A stretch of 64,000 nt of DNA from Candidatus Doudnabacteria bacterium (GCA_963837465.1 CAWINB010000004.1:724393-788392); one strand, 5' to 3'; counted from the first letter of the stretch, positions 38,423 through 48,937 are shown. Notes: generated by a model not told the origin, from the sequence alone. Made by a program: numbers and translations.

Positions 38423-40402
38423 TTGTTTGCTATGGACGACCAGCAAAAGCCAAAGTTTGGCATGGCCGAGCTGCGCAAAACTTATCCACGCGCGGGCATG
38501 AAATGGGATAAGGAAGAAGATCAAAGGTTGCAAAGGCTTTATATTGATCATCGCGAAAGCGCGAGCGGGGATTTTGAAGTTTTTGTCAGGGGTTTATCCC
38601 GGCAATTCGGCCGCGCTGCCGGCGGGCTTAAAGCCAGGCTGGCTATGCATTTTGACGATGTTCCCGGCTGGGATTACGGCCGGGATCAATTTAGGGCTGA
38701 GGAGTTAAATAAACGCACGGAGGAAGCGTTGCCCTCGCTTCATGACGAATTGCTTAAAACCGAATATCAGCGGTACGTTAAAAATAAGGACCAAACTTAC
38801 CATGCTTTTTTAAAGCAGTTGTCCGCGCGTTTAGGCGGAGTAAAAGGCGAGCTTATCCGTAACCGATTGGAGCAGCTGGCAGGTATGGTTCAAAAGTATG
38901 GCCGGGAAGATATCGGTTTCAGTACTCCGGCATCGCGGCTTGCCGGCCGCAAAGGAAGCGAAATCCCGCGGTTGGATATCAGCGGCAATTCTTTGGCCCA
39001 GGAGGCTTTGCGTCTGATGAACGAAACCTCCCAAAATCTTTTCCTAACCGGCGAAGCCGGCACCGGCAAATCCACGCTTTTAAACTATTTCCGCAAAACG
39101 GCCAAAAAGAACGTTGTAGTCTTGGCGCCCACAGGCGTGGCCGCGCTGAACGTGGAAGGCCAGACCATCCATTCATTCTGCGCTTTTGGCCCGGACATTA
39201 CCCCGCGAAAGGTAAAAAAATTGTCGCCCTGGTCGGCCAAAAAAAAACTTCTGGAAAAACTCAACACCATAGTTATAGATGAAATTTCCATGGTCCGCGC
39301 CGATTTGCTTGACTGCGTGGATAAATTTTTGCGTTTGAACGGCTTAACCAACCAACAGCCTTTTGGCGGCTATCAAATGGTCTTTATCGGCGACCTGTAC
39401 CAGTTGCCGCCTGTGGATAAAGATTTTGGCGCAGGTGATGGTTTAATAAAAGAATACAACAGCCCCTATTTTTTTGAAGCAAGAGCCTTTAAAAGTTCGG
39501 TTTTTGAGTTTATTGAGCTAAAAACCATTTATCGCCAAAAAGACCGGGTGTTTAAGGACTTGCTTAATGCCGTGCGCAATAACGCGGCAACCTCGGAACA
39601 TTTAACTTTGCTGAACCGTCGCGCTTTGGACGAAGGCGAAAAATTTACTTTTGAAGAATTTGCCATTTATCTCACTCCTCACAATGCCAGGGCTCGGCAA
39701 ATAAATAATTTTTTCCTGGAACGCGTACAATCGCCCGTAAAAGTTTATATGGGTACCGTTAAGGGAAGTTTTGAAGGTCGGGAACTGCCCACGGACTTGG
39801 AACTGAACGTTAAATCCGGAGCCCAGGTTATGATGCTTAACAACGACAGCCGCAGGCGGTGGGTTAACGGGACAATGGGAAAAATTGTCAGGGTGGAAAA
39901 GTCTGTGGCGGAGAATGATAGTAATAATCGGGACAATAATTACTATAGCAAGGATGATAATTTTATTATAGGAGATGAAGCTGTGGCCGACAGATTTATT
40001 GTCCCAAAAGATGATAGCGACACAAGCTCAAGTCCGGACGTCATTGTTATAGAGCTGGAAACGGGTTAGACGGTGTATGTTGAGCCACATACCTGGGAAA
40101 TGTTTAAATTTATTTTGGATAAAGACACACAAAGCGTAGACAGCGAGGCAACCGGAACTTTTAGCCAGTATCCTTTTAAGCTGGCCTGGGCGGTTACCAT
40201 CCACAAAGCCCAGGGCAAAACTTTTGATAAGGTTTATGTGGACCTTTCAACCGGCACTTTTGCCCACGGACAGCTTTATGTCGCCCTTTCCCGCTGCCGC
40301 ACGCTGGAAGGCTTGTATCTGAAGCGCCCCATTGCTTCCCGGGACATAATTTTAGACGACCGCATAGTCAAATTTTTGGAAAGTTTTACGGCTCCAAATT
40401 GA
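38423..40402 (+). pseudogene. Pif1/RecD-like helicase with a roughly 200-aa N-terminal extension, interrupted by an in-frame TAG at 40067-40069
   Basis: Walker A GEAGTGKST, DEISM and GDLYQLPPV motifs lie upstream of the stop. [13 protein letters not shown] and LYVALSRCR lie downstream in the same frame. Conservation continues across the stop. Confidence 0.65.
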
Positions 40403-40486
40403 AATTAAAAACCAATTTTATAAGGGGCTCACGATTTATAAAAATGTAAGTAAATTTTATAAGTTTGGCTTATCCACAAGCAAAAT

Positions 40487-40519
40487 TTGACATATGGTGA
40501 ACGCTGGTTTACTATAATA
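40487..40519 (+). promoter_or_regulatory. strong sigma70-like promoter (ttgaca ... tactataat) with a roughly 120-nt GC-structured leader before 40639
   Basis: Hexamers were seen directly. The leader contains nested complementary segments (cagcaa...ttgctg, ctgcgg...tcgcag). Confidence 0.4.
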
Positions 40520-40638
40520 AAGTAGATGTCCTCGGAACTTTGCCCGGGGTTTACAGCAACTCCTTTGCGGTCTGCGGTTCATACCTCGCAGTTTGCTGAG
40601 GGGGCAATTGATTTAAAATATTATTATCGCGAGAAAAA

Positions 40639-41439
40639 ATGAAAAATTTTTATTATTTAGCAACTGTTTTTGGTGTTTTGATGTTCCTGGGCATACCTGG
40701 CAGAAGCTTGGCTGCGGGACAAAAAACTTTAACCGGCACGGTAACCGGTATAAGCCCAAGCGGTATTGGGTTTACAAACAGCACGGCCGCTACTTACACT
40801 GCCGAACTTGGCTCCGCGGTTCTGTCGCGCAAGAACGGCGCGGCTATGCAATTTTCCGATATCATTGTCGGCGACAAGGTGCAAGTCACCGGTGTATTGT
40901 GGCCGGACAACAGCATGAATGCTGTAAATTTTAAAGACCTGTCTTTGTATGCCCACAACAGCAGCTTTAGCGGAAAAATTATCGGCATAAATCCCATCGA
41001 CTTAAGTTTTATAATCCAAAACAAGCAGCAGGGCATCCAGACCGTGCTTACAAATAATTTTACCTCCTTTAGTAAAAACGGCAGCTTGGCCGCTTTTGGC
41101 GATCTTGCGCTAGGCATGGGAACAACGGTAAAAGCGATGTGGGACCGGAATCCTGATACCCTGACGGCTACGCGAGTGCAGGGCAGTTTCCGCCTGATTG
41201 ACATTTATTTTACCGGCAACCTGTCTATAAAAAACGGCAACAGCATAACCGTGGTGGGAAACGGCAATGTACTTTATGGAGTGGACACCACTAACGCCCA
41301 ACTGGAAAATAAAAACGGCAAAGCGGCGGTTTTGGCCCGTTACAACGTCGGAGACATCGTAAAAGTTTGGGGTAAGCATTTGTCCGGAAGCGTGCGGGTA
41401 ACCGGCTCTTTGGTCAAAGACTCCTCGGTTTTAAATTAA
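40639..41439 (+). CDS. secreted hypothetical protein (signal peptide, Gly/Ser/Thr/Asn-rich beta domain)
   Basis: N-terminal signal peptide. It shares a short beta-domain pattern with 42807.. and 47773.. Confidence 0.5.
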   Translation: MKNFYYLATVFGVLMFLGIPGRSLAAGQKTLTGTVTGISPSGIGFTNSTAATYTAELGSAVLSRKNGAAMQFSDIIVGDKVQVTGVLWPDNSMNAVNFKDLSLYAHNSSFSGKIIGINPIDLSFIIQNKQQGIQTVLTNNFTSFSKNGSLAAFGDLALGMGTTVKAMWDRNPDTLTATRVQGSFRLIDIYFTGNLSIKNGNSITVVGNGNVLYGVDTTNAQLENKNGKAAVLARYNVGDIVKVWGKHLSGSVRVTGSLVKDSSVLN

Positions 41440-41560
41440 GAACCTGTTTGAAAAATAATTTGCGGGCGGAATCGCGGCAATTTCCGGCAGATTGGCGCAA
41501 ATAAATTTTGATGTTTAACCTAAGTTAAAAGGAATAATTTTTTGCGGCAGGATGCCGAAT
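41440..41560 (+). mobile_element. MITE-like element E1 (left TIR gaacctgtttgaaaaat; right end degenerate)
   Basis: About 120 bp nearly identical to the reverse complement of 58635-58757. It starts at the stop codon of 40639..41439. Confidence 0.7.
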
Positions 41561-41644
41561 TTAAATTAATGGAGCACTAGCCAAATATTTAAGCGGCAGG
41601 ATATTTATCCTGAAATTGCGGCATAAAATAAAAATCCTCTAAGG

Positions 41645-41673
41645 TTGAGCGTTGCGCGCGCAGGTGGTATAGT
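41645..41673 (+). promoter_or_regulatory. sigma70-like promoter (ttgagc - 17 bp - tatagt) for the ECF sigma operon
   Basis: Seen directly, 8 bp upstream of the ATG at 41681. Confidence 0.4.
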
Positions 41674-41680
41674 ATTAGTT

Positions 41681-42271
41681 ATGCAGGAATTTACAGATGC
41701 CGAACTCGTAGTTAAGTACCTAAAAGGGGATAGTGCGGCACTGGATAGTCTCATCCAGCGCCATTTCAGGCAAGTATTCCTTTTTGCCAAAAGCTACGTT
41801 AAGGAAGACCAGCAGGCCGAGGACATTACCCAGGAGGTTTTTGTCAAGCTTTGGAAAAACATAAAAAAATTTGATCTCAATAAAAAGTTCACAACCTGGC
41901 TGCTGCAAATAACCAAAAATACCTGCATAGACTATTTGCGCAAAACCAAAAAATTGGTGGCGGCGCAAACTCTGGATGAGGACGTTATGCGGGATAATCT
42001 GGAAAAGATTACCGATCCGGCTCCGCTCCCCGAGGAACTGCTGGATTCCCAGGGCTTTGCCGACCAGCTGGATTCGGCCATCGCGACCCTGCCGGAATCT
42101 TATGCCTTGGTAGTCAGGCTCCATTTACAGCAAGATTTGACTTTTCAGGAAATTTCCGAGGTTTTAAGCCAGCCTCTTAACACAATCAAAAGCCGTTACA
42201 GGCGGGCTCTGCTGGGAATTAGAGGTAATTTGGGCGTAAATAAAGCCCCGAGCGCACCTAAAGTGCCTTAA
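41681..42271 (+). CDS. ECF-subfamily RNA polymerase sigma factor
   Basis: Region 2 (ITQEVFVKLWKN...FTTWLLQITKN) and region 4 (LTFQEISEVLSQPLNTIKSR). Confidence 0.85.
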   Translation: MQEFTDAELVVKYLKGDSAALDSLIQRHFRQVFLFAKSYVKEDQQAEDITQEVFVKLWKNIKKFDLNKKFTTWLLQITKNTCIDYLRKTKKLVAAQTLDEDVMRDNLEKITDPAPLPEELLDSQGFADQLDSAIATLPESYALVVRLHLQQDLTFQEISEVLSQPLNTIKSRYRRALLGIRGNLGVNKAPSAPKVP

Positions 42272-42308
42272 ATCACGTATTAATTTTGAGTTAATTATTA
42301 TCTTTTTT

Positions 42309-42770
42309 ATGGAAATTCGGGAAAGCGGTAAAAATCAAACAATTTTGGAAGTAGCCTTAAAAGGTCGGTTGCAAAAAAACGATTTACGGGATTTTTCCGG
42401 CTATTTATTTTATAAAATTTTGAACCGCATCCACTACGAGCAGCAGCTGAAAAGTTTAAAGCCCAAACTCTGGGCCGCGGTTAGTGTGCTCATTGCCAGT
42501 GTGGCTGTTCTGATTGTGGCCGCCGATGTTTCGTTTAGGGCTTTCGCTCAAGCCCCTGTTTTAAGGTTTATAACTTTAAGTTTTACCGATTTCGGCCAAG
42601 TCGCCGCCAATTGGCAGGATTACGCTTTTTCCATTCTGGAAAGTTTGCCTTTGGGCGCCATGGCTTTTTTGCTGTCCGCCTGTCTTGCCACTATTCTACT
42701 TTTTGATTTCAGTACCCACCAGTGGTCCAATTTTCGTAAACTTTTGCATGGTCACCAAGGTCCGCGTTAA
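42309..42770 (+). CDS. putative membrane anti-sigma factor
   Basis: Lies immediately downstream of the ECF sigma. It has a single TM helix. The call is by position only. Confidence 0.4.
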   Translation: MEIRESGKNQTILEVALKGRLQKNDLRDFSGYLFYKILNRIHYEQQLKSLKPKLWAAVSVLIASVAVLIVAADVSFRAFAQAPVLRFITLSFTDFGQVAANWQDYAFSILESLPLGAMAFLLSACLATILLFDFSTHQWSNFRKLLHGHQGPR

Positions 42771-42806
42771 CCTTAAAATAGGCTTTAAGCAACCCAAGCT
42801 GAATAT

Positions 42807-43331
42807 TTGCAAATTATGGAAAATTTTAAAACAGATACGGCCAACTCAAGCGGTTCACCCGTGGTAGACAACGCAGCAACAGCCTCCAAAAGCCAGTTTT
42901 CGGGCCATCAACACTCCAGGCTTTTTAAGTGGATAGTAGGCACGCTGCTTGAGCTTATTATTGTACTGGGAGTTTTTGCCCTTGGCGTTCAGGTGGGATT
43001 TCATAAGGCCGGTTTTACATATTCCTGGATAAATAATTATCCCAATAATTTTGGAGGCTCACGGCCGCCGGTAAAGCTTCCCAGCAGCAGCGAATTTTTA
43101 AACGCCCACGGGTTATTTGGCACTATTTTAAGCACAGGCCAAAATACTTTAATTGTAAAAGACGACGATAATAACGAAAAAACTGTTGTGGTTCCCGCAA
43201 ACGCCGTTCTTCGGGAAAACTTCCAGGACATCCATTCTTCGGACTTAAAGACCGGTCAGCAGATAATAGTCATAGGCAGTCCCGACAATCAGGGCCGCAT
43301 TGACGCTAAGTTTATAAGAGTCCTGAACTAA
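42807..43331 (+). CDS. hypothetical membrane-anchored protein
   Basis: A TM helix is followed by a beta domain similar to 47773... Confidence 0.4.
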   Translation: MQIMENFKTDTANSSGSPVVDNAATASKSQFSGHQHSRLFKWIVGTLLELIIVLGVFALGVQVGFHKAGFTYSWINNYPNNFGGSRPPVKLPSSSEFLNAHGLFGTILSTGQNTLIVKDDDNNEKTVVVPANAVLRENFQDIHSSDLKTGQQIIVIGSPDNQGRIDAKFIRVLN

Positions 43332-43494
43332 GAGCCTGTTTTAAAAATACTTCGGGCCGCGATTTAAGAATTTTGGCCAAAATCCCAAAAAAATTGTTCC
43401 GCTTAACTTAGGAGGTTAAATATTAAAATTTGTTTTTAAATTTTGTCTCAAAACTCTTAAATTCCGCCCGCGGATTATTTTTCAAATAAATTCT
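43332..43494 (-). mobile_element. MITE-like element E2 (complete; TIRs gagcctgttttaaaaata / ttatttttcaaataaattc), opposite orientation to E1
   Basis: Its reverse complement begins gaatttatttgaaaaataatccgcgggcggaat, matching the E1 start. It starts 1 bp after the stop of 42807..43331. Confidence 0.7.
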
Positions 43495-43595
43495 AAATCA
43501 GTTATCCCGGAATTTCCCTATCTCAACAAATATTTTAAAATTATTTTTAAAAAGAGGTTTTAAACAACAAGTCTAAAAGCCCGATCGTAACAATT

Positions 43596-45332
43596 ATGAA
43601 AGATTTTTTTAAATCGCTTTTCACCAATAAAAAAAGACTGGCAATTTTTATAATTTTAATTCTGGCCGCGGGCTACTTTATTTACAGGCATTATTCCGCC
43701 AAAGCCTCGCCGGTATCCTATTTAACCGCCCAGGCTTCCGACCAGACTATTATCAGCTCGGTATCCGGCACCGGTCAGGTTTCGGAAGACCGCGATGTAG
43801 ATATTACCCCGCAAACATCAGGACAACTGACCGCGGTAGATGTTACCCAGGGGCAGCAGGTTAAAGCCGGACAGACTATCGCGGTTGTAGACGAAACCAA
43901 TAATACCATTGCCTTAAACCAGGCCAGAGCGTCTGTTGCCAGCGCCCAGGCCAACTATGACCAGGTTCTGGCCGGCAGCACTTCTCAGGCTATAGAGTTG
44001 GCGCAACTGGCAGTCGCTGCCGATCAGGAAGCCGTTACCACCGCCAGCACCAGCCTTCAAACCACCAAACAACAGGATGCTACCAACGTAGCCAATGCCC
44101 TGACAAATCTTTTAAATTCCTCTCCCTCAGCCATGGCTTCCAATACCAATATTGGCACCGGAACGGTCAATATTACAGGTAACTACACCGGTACCCAGCA
44201 AGGTACATATACCATACAGATTTACAGCACCGGTTCTGGCAAACAGTTTGACTATACCGGTCTTGAAAGCGGTACGGGAGTAATCAGCAGCGTGCCGCAG
44301 CCTTTAGGCACAAAAGGTTTGTATGTTGCCTTTACCGGCCAGCCGATTGATACTGATACCTGGACCGTTTCCATCCCCAATACTTTAGCGTCCAACTACA
44401 CGGCTAATTACAATGCTTACCAAACAGCCTTAACCAGCCAAGCCAACGATATTACGACTGCCCAAAACCAAATTGTATCCGCCCAAAATAAATTGCAGCA
44501 GGACGAAGTTAATTTACAGGTTCAGCAGCAACCGCCTACCAACCAGGCCGTGGAAAGCGCTAAAGCCTCCTTAATTCAGGCTCAGGCCCAGTTGCAGGAT
44601 GCTCAAATTACATATAATAATAATATTTTAAAAGCGCCCTTTGACGGTGAAGTTGCTCAGCTAAATAACCAAGTCGGCGACCAAGTAAGCGCTTCCACCG
44701 ACGTGGCGGTAATGGTTACCAATCAATCGGTAGCTATAATCCCATTAAATGAGGTTGATGTGGCAAATGTCCAGCTCGGGGATAAAGTCAGCATGACTTT
44801 TGACGCCGTTACGAACCTGACAATTACCGGTACCGTAGTGGAAATAGACAATATAGGTACCGTTAGCCAAGGGGTGGTAAGCTATAATGTAAAAATTACT
44901 TTTGATACCGAAGATCCTCGCGTTAAGTCGGGCATGAGTGTTTCCGCTTCCATAATTACCAACATAGCGGCTGATGTTCTCTCGGTCCCCAGTACGGCTA
45001 TTCAAATCCAGGGGACAAACAGCTATGTGGAAGTTTTAACTTCCGGCGATACGACTCCGGCGGTTAGCGGTCAAGGTGTAACTTCCAAAGTAGCCCCCAC
45101 AAACGTAGTGGTGCAAACAGGGGTTACCGATGATACCAATACCCAGATTACCGGAGGTAACCTGAAAGTCGGTGATACGGTGGTAACGCAAACTATTAAT
45201 CCTACGGCTACCAAATCGGCTGCCAGTTCAGCCACCAGCGCTTTGCGCCTTGGGGGCGGAGGCGGAGGCTTTGGCGGCGGCGGAGGCGGGGGAGCCGTCA
45301 GAGTTACCACGGGAGCGGCCGGGGCAAGATAA
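43596..45332 (+). CDS. HlyD/MacA-type periplasmic adaptor (membrane fusion protein) with a long Thr/Gln-rich insert and a Gly-rich C-terminus
   Basis: N-terminal TM anchor, a biotinyl-lipoyl-like motif, and LKAPFDGEVAQLNNQVGDQVS beta-barrel motifs. Confidence 0.7.
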   Translation: MKDFFKSLFTNKKRLAIFIILILAAGYFIYRHYSAKASPVSYLTAQASDQTIISSVSGTGQVSEDRDVDITPQTSGQLTAVDVTQGQQVKAGQTIAVVDETNNTIALNQARASVASAQANYDQVLAGSTSQAIELAQLAVAADQEAVTTASTSLQTTKQQDATNVANALTNLLNSSPSAMASNTNIGTGTVNITGNYTGTQQGTYTIQIYSTGSGKQFDYTGLESGTGVISSVPQPLGTKGLYVAFTGQPIDTDTWTVSIPNTLASNYTANYNAYQTALTSQANDITTAQNQIVSAQNKLQQDEVNLQVQQQPPTNQAVESAKASLIQAQAQLQDAQITYNNNILKAPFDGEVAQLNNQVGDQVSASTDVAVMVTNQSVAIIPLNEVDVANVQLGDKVSMTFDAVTNLTITGTVVEIDNIGTVSQGVVSYNVKITFDTEDPRVKSGMSVSASIITNIAADVLSVPSTAIQIQGTNSYVEVLTSGDTTPAVSGQGVTSKVAPTNVVVQTGVTDDTNTQITGGNLKVGDTVVTQTINPTATKSAASSATSALRLGGGGGGFGGGGGGGAVRVTTGAAGAR

Positions 45333-45418
45333 AGTAAGTAATTGAACAAAATTGACATGATTGAACAAAATTGACAAGAGTGTCAGCAATTAATCTTTTA
45401 AATCATGTCAATTAGTCT

Positions 45419-46141
45419 ATGATTGAAATCCAGAATGTCACCAAAACTTATAAAAGCGGGGATAACGAAACCACCGCGCTCAAGGGCGTCAGTTTTACAG
45501 TGAAGGACGGGGAGTTTGTGGCTATTATGGGTCCTTCCGGCAGCGGCAAGTCCACGCTTATGCATATTATCGGCGCGCTGGATAATCCGACCTCCGGCAA
45601 ATACCTGCTCGACGGCCGCGATGTTTCCACTATGAGCGAACAGGAGCTTGGTAATATCCGCAAAGACCACATAGGTTTTGTTTTTCAGGCTTTTAACCTT
45701 CTTCCGAGGACTACTGTTTTGCGCAATGTGGAGTTGCCTCTTATGTACGCCGAGGTGCCTAAAGCGCAGAGGGAACAACTGGCCAAAAAAGCGCTGCTCG
45801 CGGCCGGAATGAGCGAAGACAGATTTTCCCACTATTCCAACCAGCTTTCCGGCGGCCAGATGCAAAGAGTGGCCATTGCCCGCGCTTTGGTAAATAACCC
45901 TTCCCTAATTTTGGCCGATGAACCAACCGGCAACCTTGATACCAAAACAGGGGAAATAGTTTTGGGAACTTTTCAAAAATTAAATCGCGAAGGCCACACG
46001 GTTGTTTTAATTACCCATGAGCGCGACGTGGCTGAGCACGCGCAAAAAATCATACTTCTCCGCGACGGCCTTATAGTTAAGGAAGAGACCGCGCACCGGC
46101 AAAAAGCCGCCAGTCCGGATCAGGTCAATGATATTATTTAA
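45419..46141 (+). CDS. ABC transporter ATP-binding protein (MacB/LolD family)
   Basis: Walker [10 protein letters not shown], the signature [15 protein letters not shown], and Walker [12 protein letters not shown]. Confidence 0.9.
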   Translation: MIEIQNVTKTYKSGDNETTALKGVSFTVKDGEFVAIMGPSGSGKSTLMHIIGALDNPTSGKYLLDGRDVSTMSEQELGNIRKDHIGFVFQAFNLLPRTTVLRNVELPLMYAEVPKAQREQLAKKALLAAGMSEDRFSHYSNQLSGGQMQRVAIARALVNNPSLILADEPTGNLDTKTGEIVLGTFQKLNREGHTVVLITHERDVAEHAQKIILLRDGLIVKEETAHRQKAASPDQVNDII

Positions 46142-46208
46142 TAATTTCAAATTCCAAATATCAAATTTTAAATGACGGACAAATGTTAAATTTTTGAAAT
46201 TTAAGCCT

Positions 46209-46362
46209 TAGAAGCTGTTTAAAAAGTCATTTGGGCCGCAATTCCGGAATGTTTGGCGCCTTGCCGAAAAAAATTTTTCCGCTTAGCTTTAGGCTAAACG
46301 TCAAAATTTGTTTCCGTCAATCCGCGCAAAATTCTGTAATTTCGCCTACAAAGCACTTTTTA
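46209..46362 (-). mobile_element. MITE-like element E3 (diverged; TIRs agaagctgtttaaaaagtc / gactttttaaacatcttct)
   Basis: The internal sequence aligns with E4 (ccgcttagctttaggctaaacgtcaaaatttgtttccg...). It lies between the macB ATPase and the permease. Confidence 0.6.
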
Positions 46363-46417
46363 AACATCTTCTTAGGATTTTATTTGAAATTTGTAATTGG
46401 AAATTTGAAATTCCCCC

Positions 46418-47648
46418 ATGCTTACAAAAGATTTGATGGAAGAAACATATTGGGCACTTTCCGCCAATAAAGTGCGGTCATTTTTGACAATTTTAGGCAT
46501 TGTTATTGGAGTTGCCTCGGTGATAGCCATGATAGCCGTAGGGCAGGGCTCCCAAAGCAGCATCCAAAACAGCATCCAGTCCGCCGGAGCCAATTTGTTA
46601 ACAATTAGTCCCGGAGCCCAGGTGGGAGTTGGGGTTACGGTAAGCTCCGGTCGTGGCAGCGCCCAGACCTTGCTGCAAACCGACGCCACCGCCATTACCC
46701 AAAATGTGCCGCTGGTTTCCGCCGTATCTCCGGAATTTAGCGGGCGTTACCAGGTCACGGCAAAAGGCACCAACACCAACACCAGCGTAATTGGTGTTTT
46801 ACCGGCCTACCTACAGGTTCACAACGTGCAGATTCAGGAAGGCAGCTTTATTACCGCCGAGCAAAATACCCAGTTGGCCAGAGTTGTGGTTTTGGGCCCG
46901 ACGGCGCGCGACGATTTATTCGGCGTGGGAGCGGAAGCCGTAGGCCAGACAATAATAATTAAAAGCGAAGAGTTTAAAGTTATCGGTATAACAGTTTCCA
47001 AGGGCGGCACCGGTTTTAACAATCCGGATGACGCGATTTACAGCGCCTTTATCAACGGTGCAGCATTTTTTAGCCGGGGATACCACAGGTTATCTCACGA
47101 GTATCGCCGTCCAGGTTCAAAATCAGAGTGATATGGACGCGGCGCAAAACGAGATAACCACCCTCCTGCTGCAACGGCACAATATTTCAAACCCGACCAA
47201 CGCGGACTTTAGTATTGTCAATCAGGCCGATATTGTGGCATCCGCTTCCACCGTTACCAATACTTTTACCATACTTTTGGCTTCGGTGGCGGGAATTTCC
47301 CTGTTGGTGGGCGGTATTGGCATCATGAATATGATGCTGACTACTGTAACCGAACGTACCCGGGAAATCGGCTTGCGCAAAGCTATCGGCGCGCAAAAAA
47401 CCGATATTACCAAGCAATTTTTGAGCGAAGCCGTTATGCTGACTTTTTTGGGCGGAATGATAGGTATTGTACTGGGGTGGCTGATTACCTTGGCTGTAAC
47501 TTATTTTGCCAATATCGCGACCCAAGTTTCGTATTCATCCATCCTTTTGGCTTTTGGGGTTTCCGCGGCCATTGGTATAATTTTTGGCTATTACCCTTCC
47601 AGAAGGGCGGCTGCCTTAAATCCGATTGAGGCGCTGAGGTATGAATAA
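46418..47648 (+). pseudogene. ABC transporter permease (MacB/FtsX family) with a +1 frameshift in a T6 run at 47066-47071
   Basis: Frame a ends ...DDAIYSAFINGAAF. Removing one T gives ...AFLAGDTTGYLTSIAVQV, continuing into the FtsX domain (frame of 47028..47648). Confidence 0.7.
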
Positions 47649-47654
47649 TAAATC

Positions 47655-47740
47655 TAATCAACGAATTGAAACGAATATACGAATGCCTACGAATTCGCAG
47701 ATTCGCAACGATTCGTATATTCGTTTCAATTCATAAATTC
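47655..47740. repeat. intergenic repeat family D, copy 2, forming an internal 23-bp inverted repeat
   Basis: cgaattgaaacgaatatacgaat ... attcgtatattcgtttcaattc. The right arm is identical to 8188-8211. Confidence 0.6.
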
Positions 47741-47772
47741 GATACATTAATAATTAAAAGTAATAACAAAAT

Positions 47773-48222
47773 ATGACAAGCAAGCAAATTGTTACATTGG
47801 TGGTTGTTGCCGTTGTTTTTGGCGGCGGAGGTTTTTTTGGAGGGGTAAAGTATCAGGAGTCTAAAACCCCGACGGTGGCCGCGAGGACCGGAGCCGGAGC
47901 CGGAGCCGCGGGCGGCTTTGCCGGCCGAAGGACAGGGGGCGGCGGCAGCGCCGCGAGTTTTGTCAGCGGTCAGGTATTAAGTGTAACCAGCAACACCATA
48001 ACGGTCAAAAATATGGCCGGAGGTTCAGAGATTGTGATTTTAGCGCCCTCTACCCAGTACAGAAAAGCCGTGGACGGAACGGTATCAGATGTTACCGTGG
48101 GCAGCCAGGTTACGGTAACCGGCAATACCGATTCCACCGGCAGTCTAACAGCGCAAAGCGTGCAAATAAGAACAGGTACTTCCACGCCGCCTTCCATGAT
48201 GCCGATGATTCCGGCTAAATAA
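47773..48222 (+). CDS. hypothetical membrane-anchored Gly-rich protein
   Basis: TM helix followed by a GGGG run and a beta domain. Confidence 0.4.
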   Translation: MTSKQIVTLVVVAVVFGGGGFFGGVKYQESKTPTVAARTGAGAGAAGGFAGRRTGGGGSAASFVSGQVLSVTSNTITVKNMAGGSEIVILAPSTQYRKAVDGTVSDVTVGSQVTVTGNTDSTGSLTAQSVQIRTGTSTPPSMMPMIPAK

Positions 48223-48337
48223 AAATCTTGCCGTAAGTTTTGCCTTAAAGGCTGTCTGAAAAGATTTATTTCCGCCCAATTTAAGAATTTCGCGACGAAA
48301 ACGATTTCCACACAGCCTCTTAACCAATCAGCCAAAA

Positions 48338-48366
48338 CCCGTACCGATTGTTTCGGTACGGGTTTT
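48338..48366 (+). terminator. rho-independent terminator (cccgtaccg-attgttt-cggtacggg-tttt)
   Basis: Perfect 9-bp stem followed by a T-run. Confidence 0.6.
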
Positions 48367-48400
48367 AAAGTCGGGCTGAAATTGTGGTAGAATAAAGCAT

Positions 48401-48886
48401 ATGAAAAATTTTAACAATTCCACTCCCGGACTTATCAGCAAAATAATCCAGCCGGGCCTTTTGGGACTTATGGACGGTTCGGTATCAACACTTGCTCCGC
48501 TGTTTGCCACGGCTTTTGCCACCCACAGTCCGCGTATTGCTTTTTTGGTCGGACTTTCGGCCGCGGCCGGCGCCGGTATCAGCATGGCTTTTGCAGAGGG
48601 GCTTTCCGACGACGGCGTCATTACCGGCCGCGGCCACCCGCTAATCCGGGGCAGTATTGTGGGCGGTATGACTTTTATAGGCGGCATTTTTCACACGCTG
48701 CCGTTTTTGCTTTCCAATCTGCACTCAGCTTTGTATCTGGCCTATCTGGTCGTAGGTTTGGAATTGGTTGTTATCGCCTTTATTCGCTACTACTACCTAA
48801 AAACCAGCTTCTGGCTGTCTTGCCTCCAGGTCATCGTAGGCGGCGGCCTGGTATTTTTAGCCGGATATTTAATAGGGCAGAGTTGA
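48401..48886 (+). CDS. VIT1/CCC1-like (DUF125) membrane protein
   Basis: LGLMDGSVSTLAPLFA and ISMAFAEGLSD patterns. The length is short for this family. Confidence 0.4.
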   Translation: MKNFNNSTPGLISKIIQPGLLGLMDGSVSTLAPLFATAFATHSPRIAFLVGLSAAAGAGISMAFAEGLSDDGVITGRGHPLIRGSIVGGMTFIGGIFHTLPFLLSNLHSALYLAYLVVGLELVVIAFIRYYYLKTSFWLSCLQVIVGGGLVFLAGYLIGQS

Positions 48887-48937
48887 TATTTTTACCCAAA
48901 ACTGGTAAAATTATCAAAGTAAAAATTAAATAAATTC

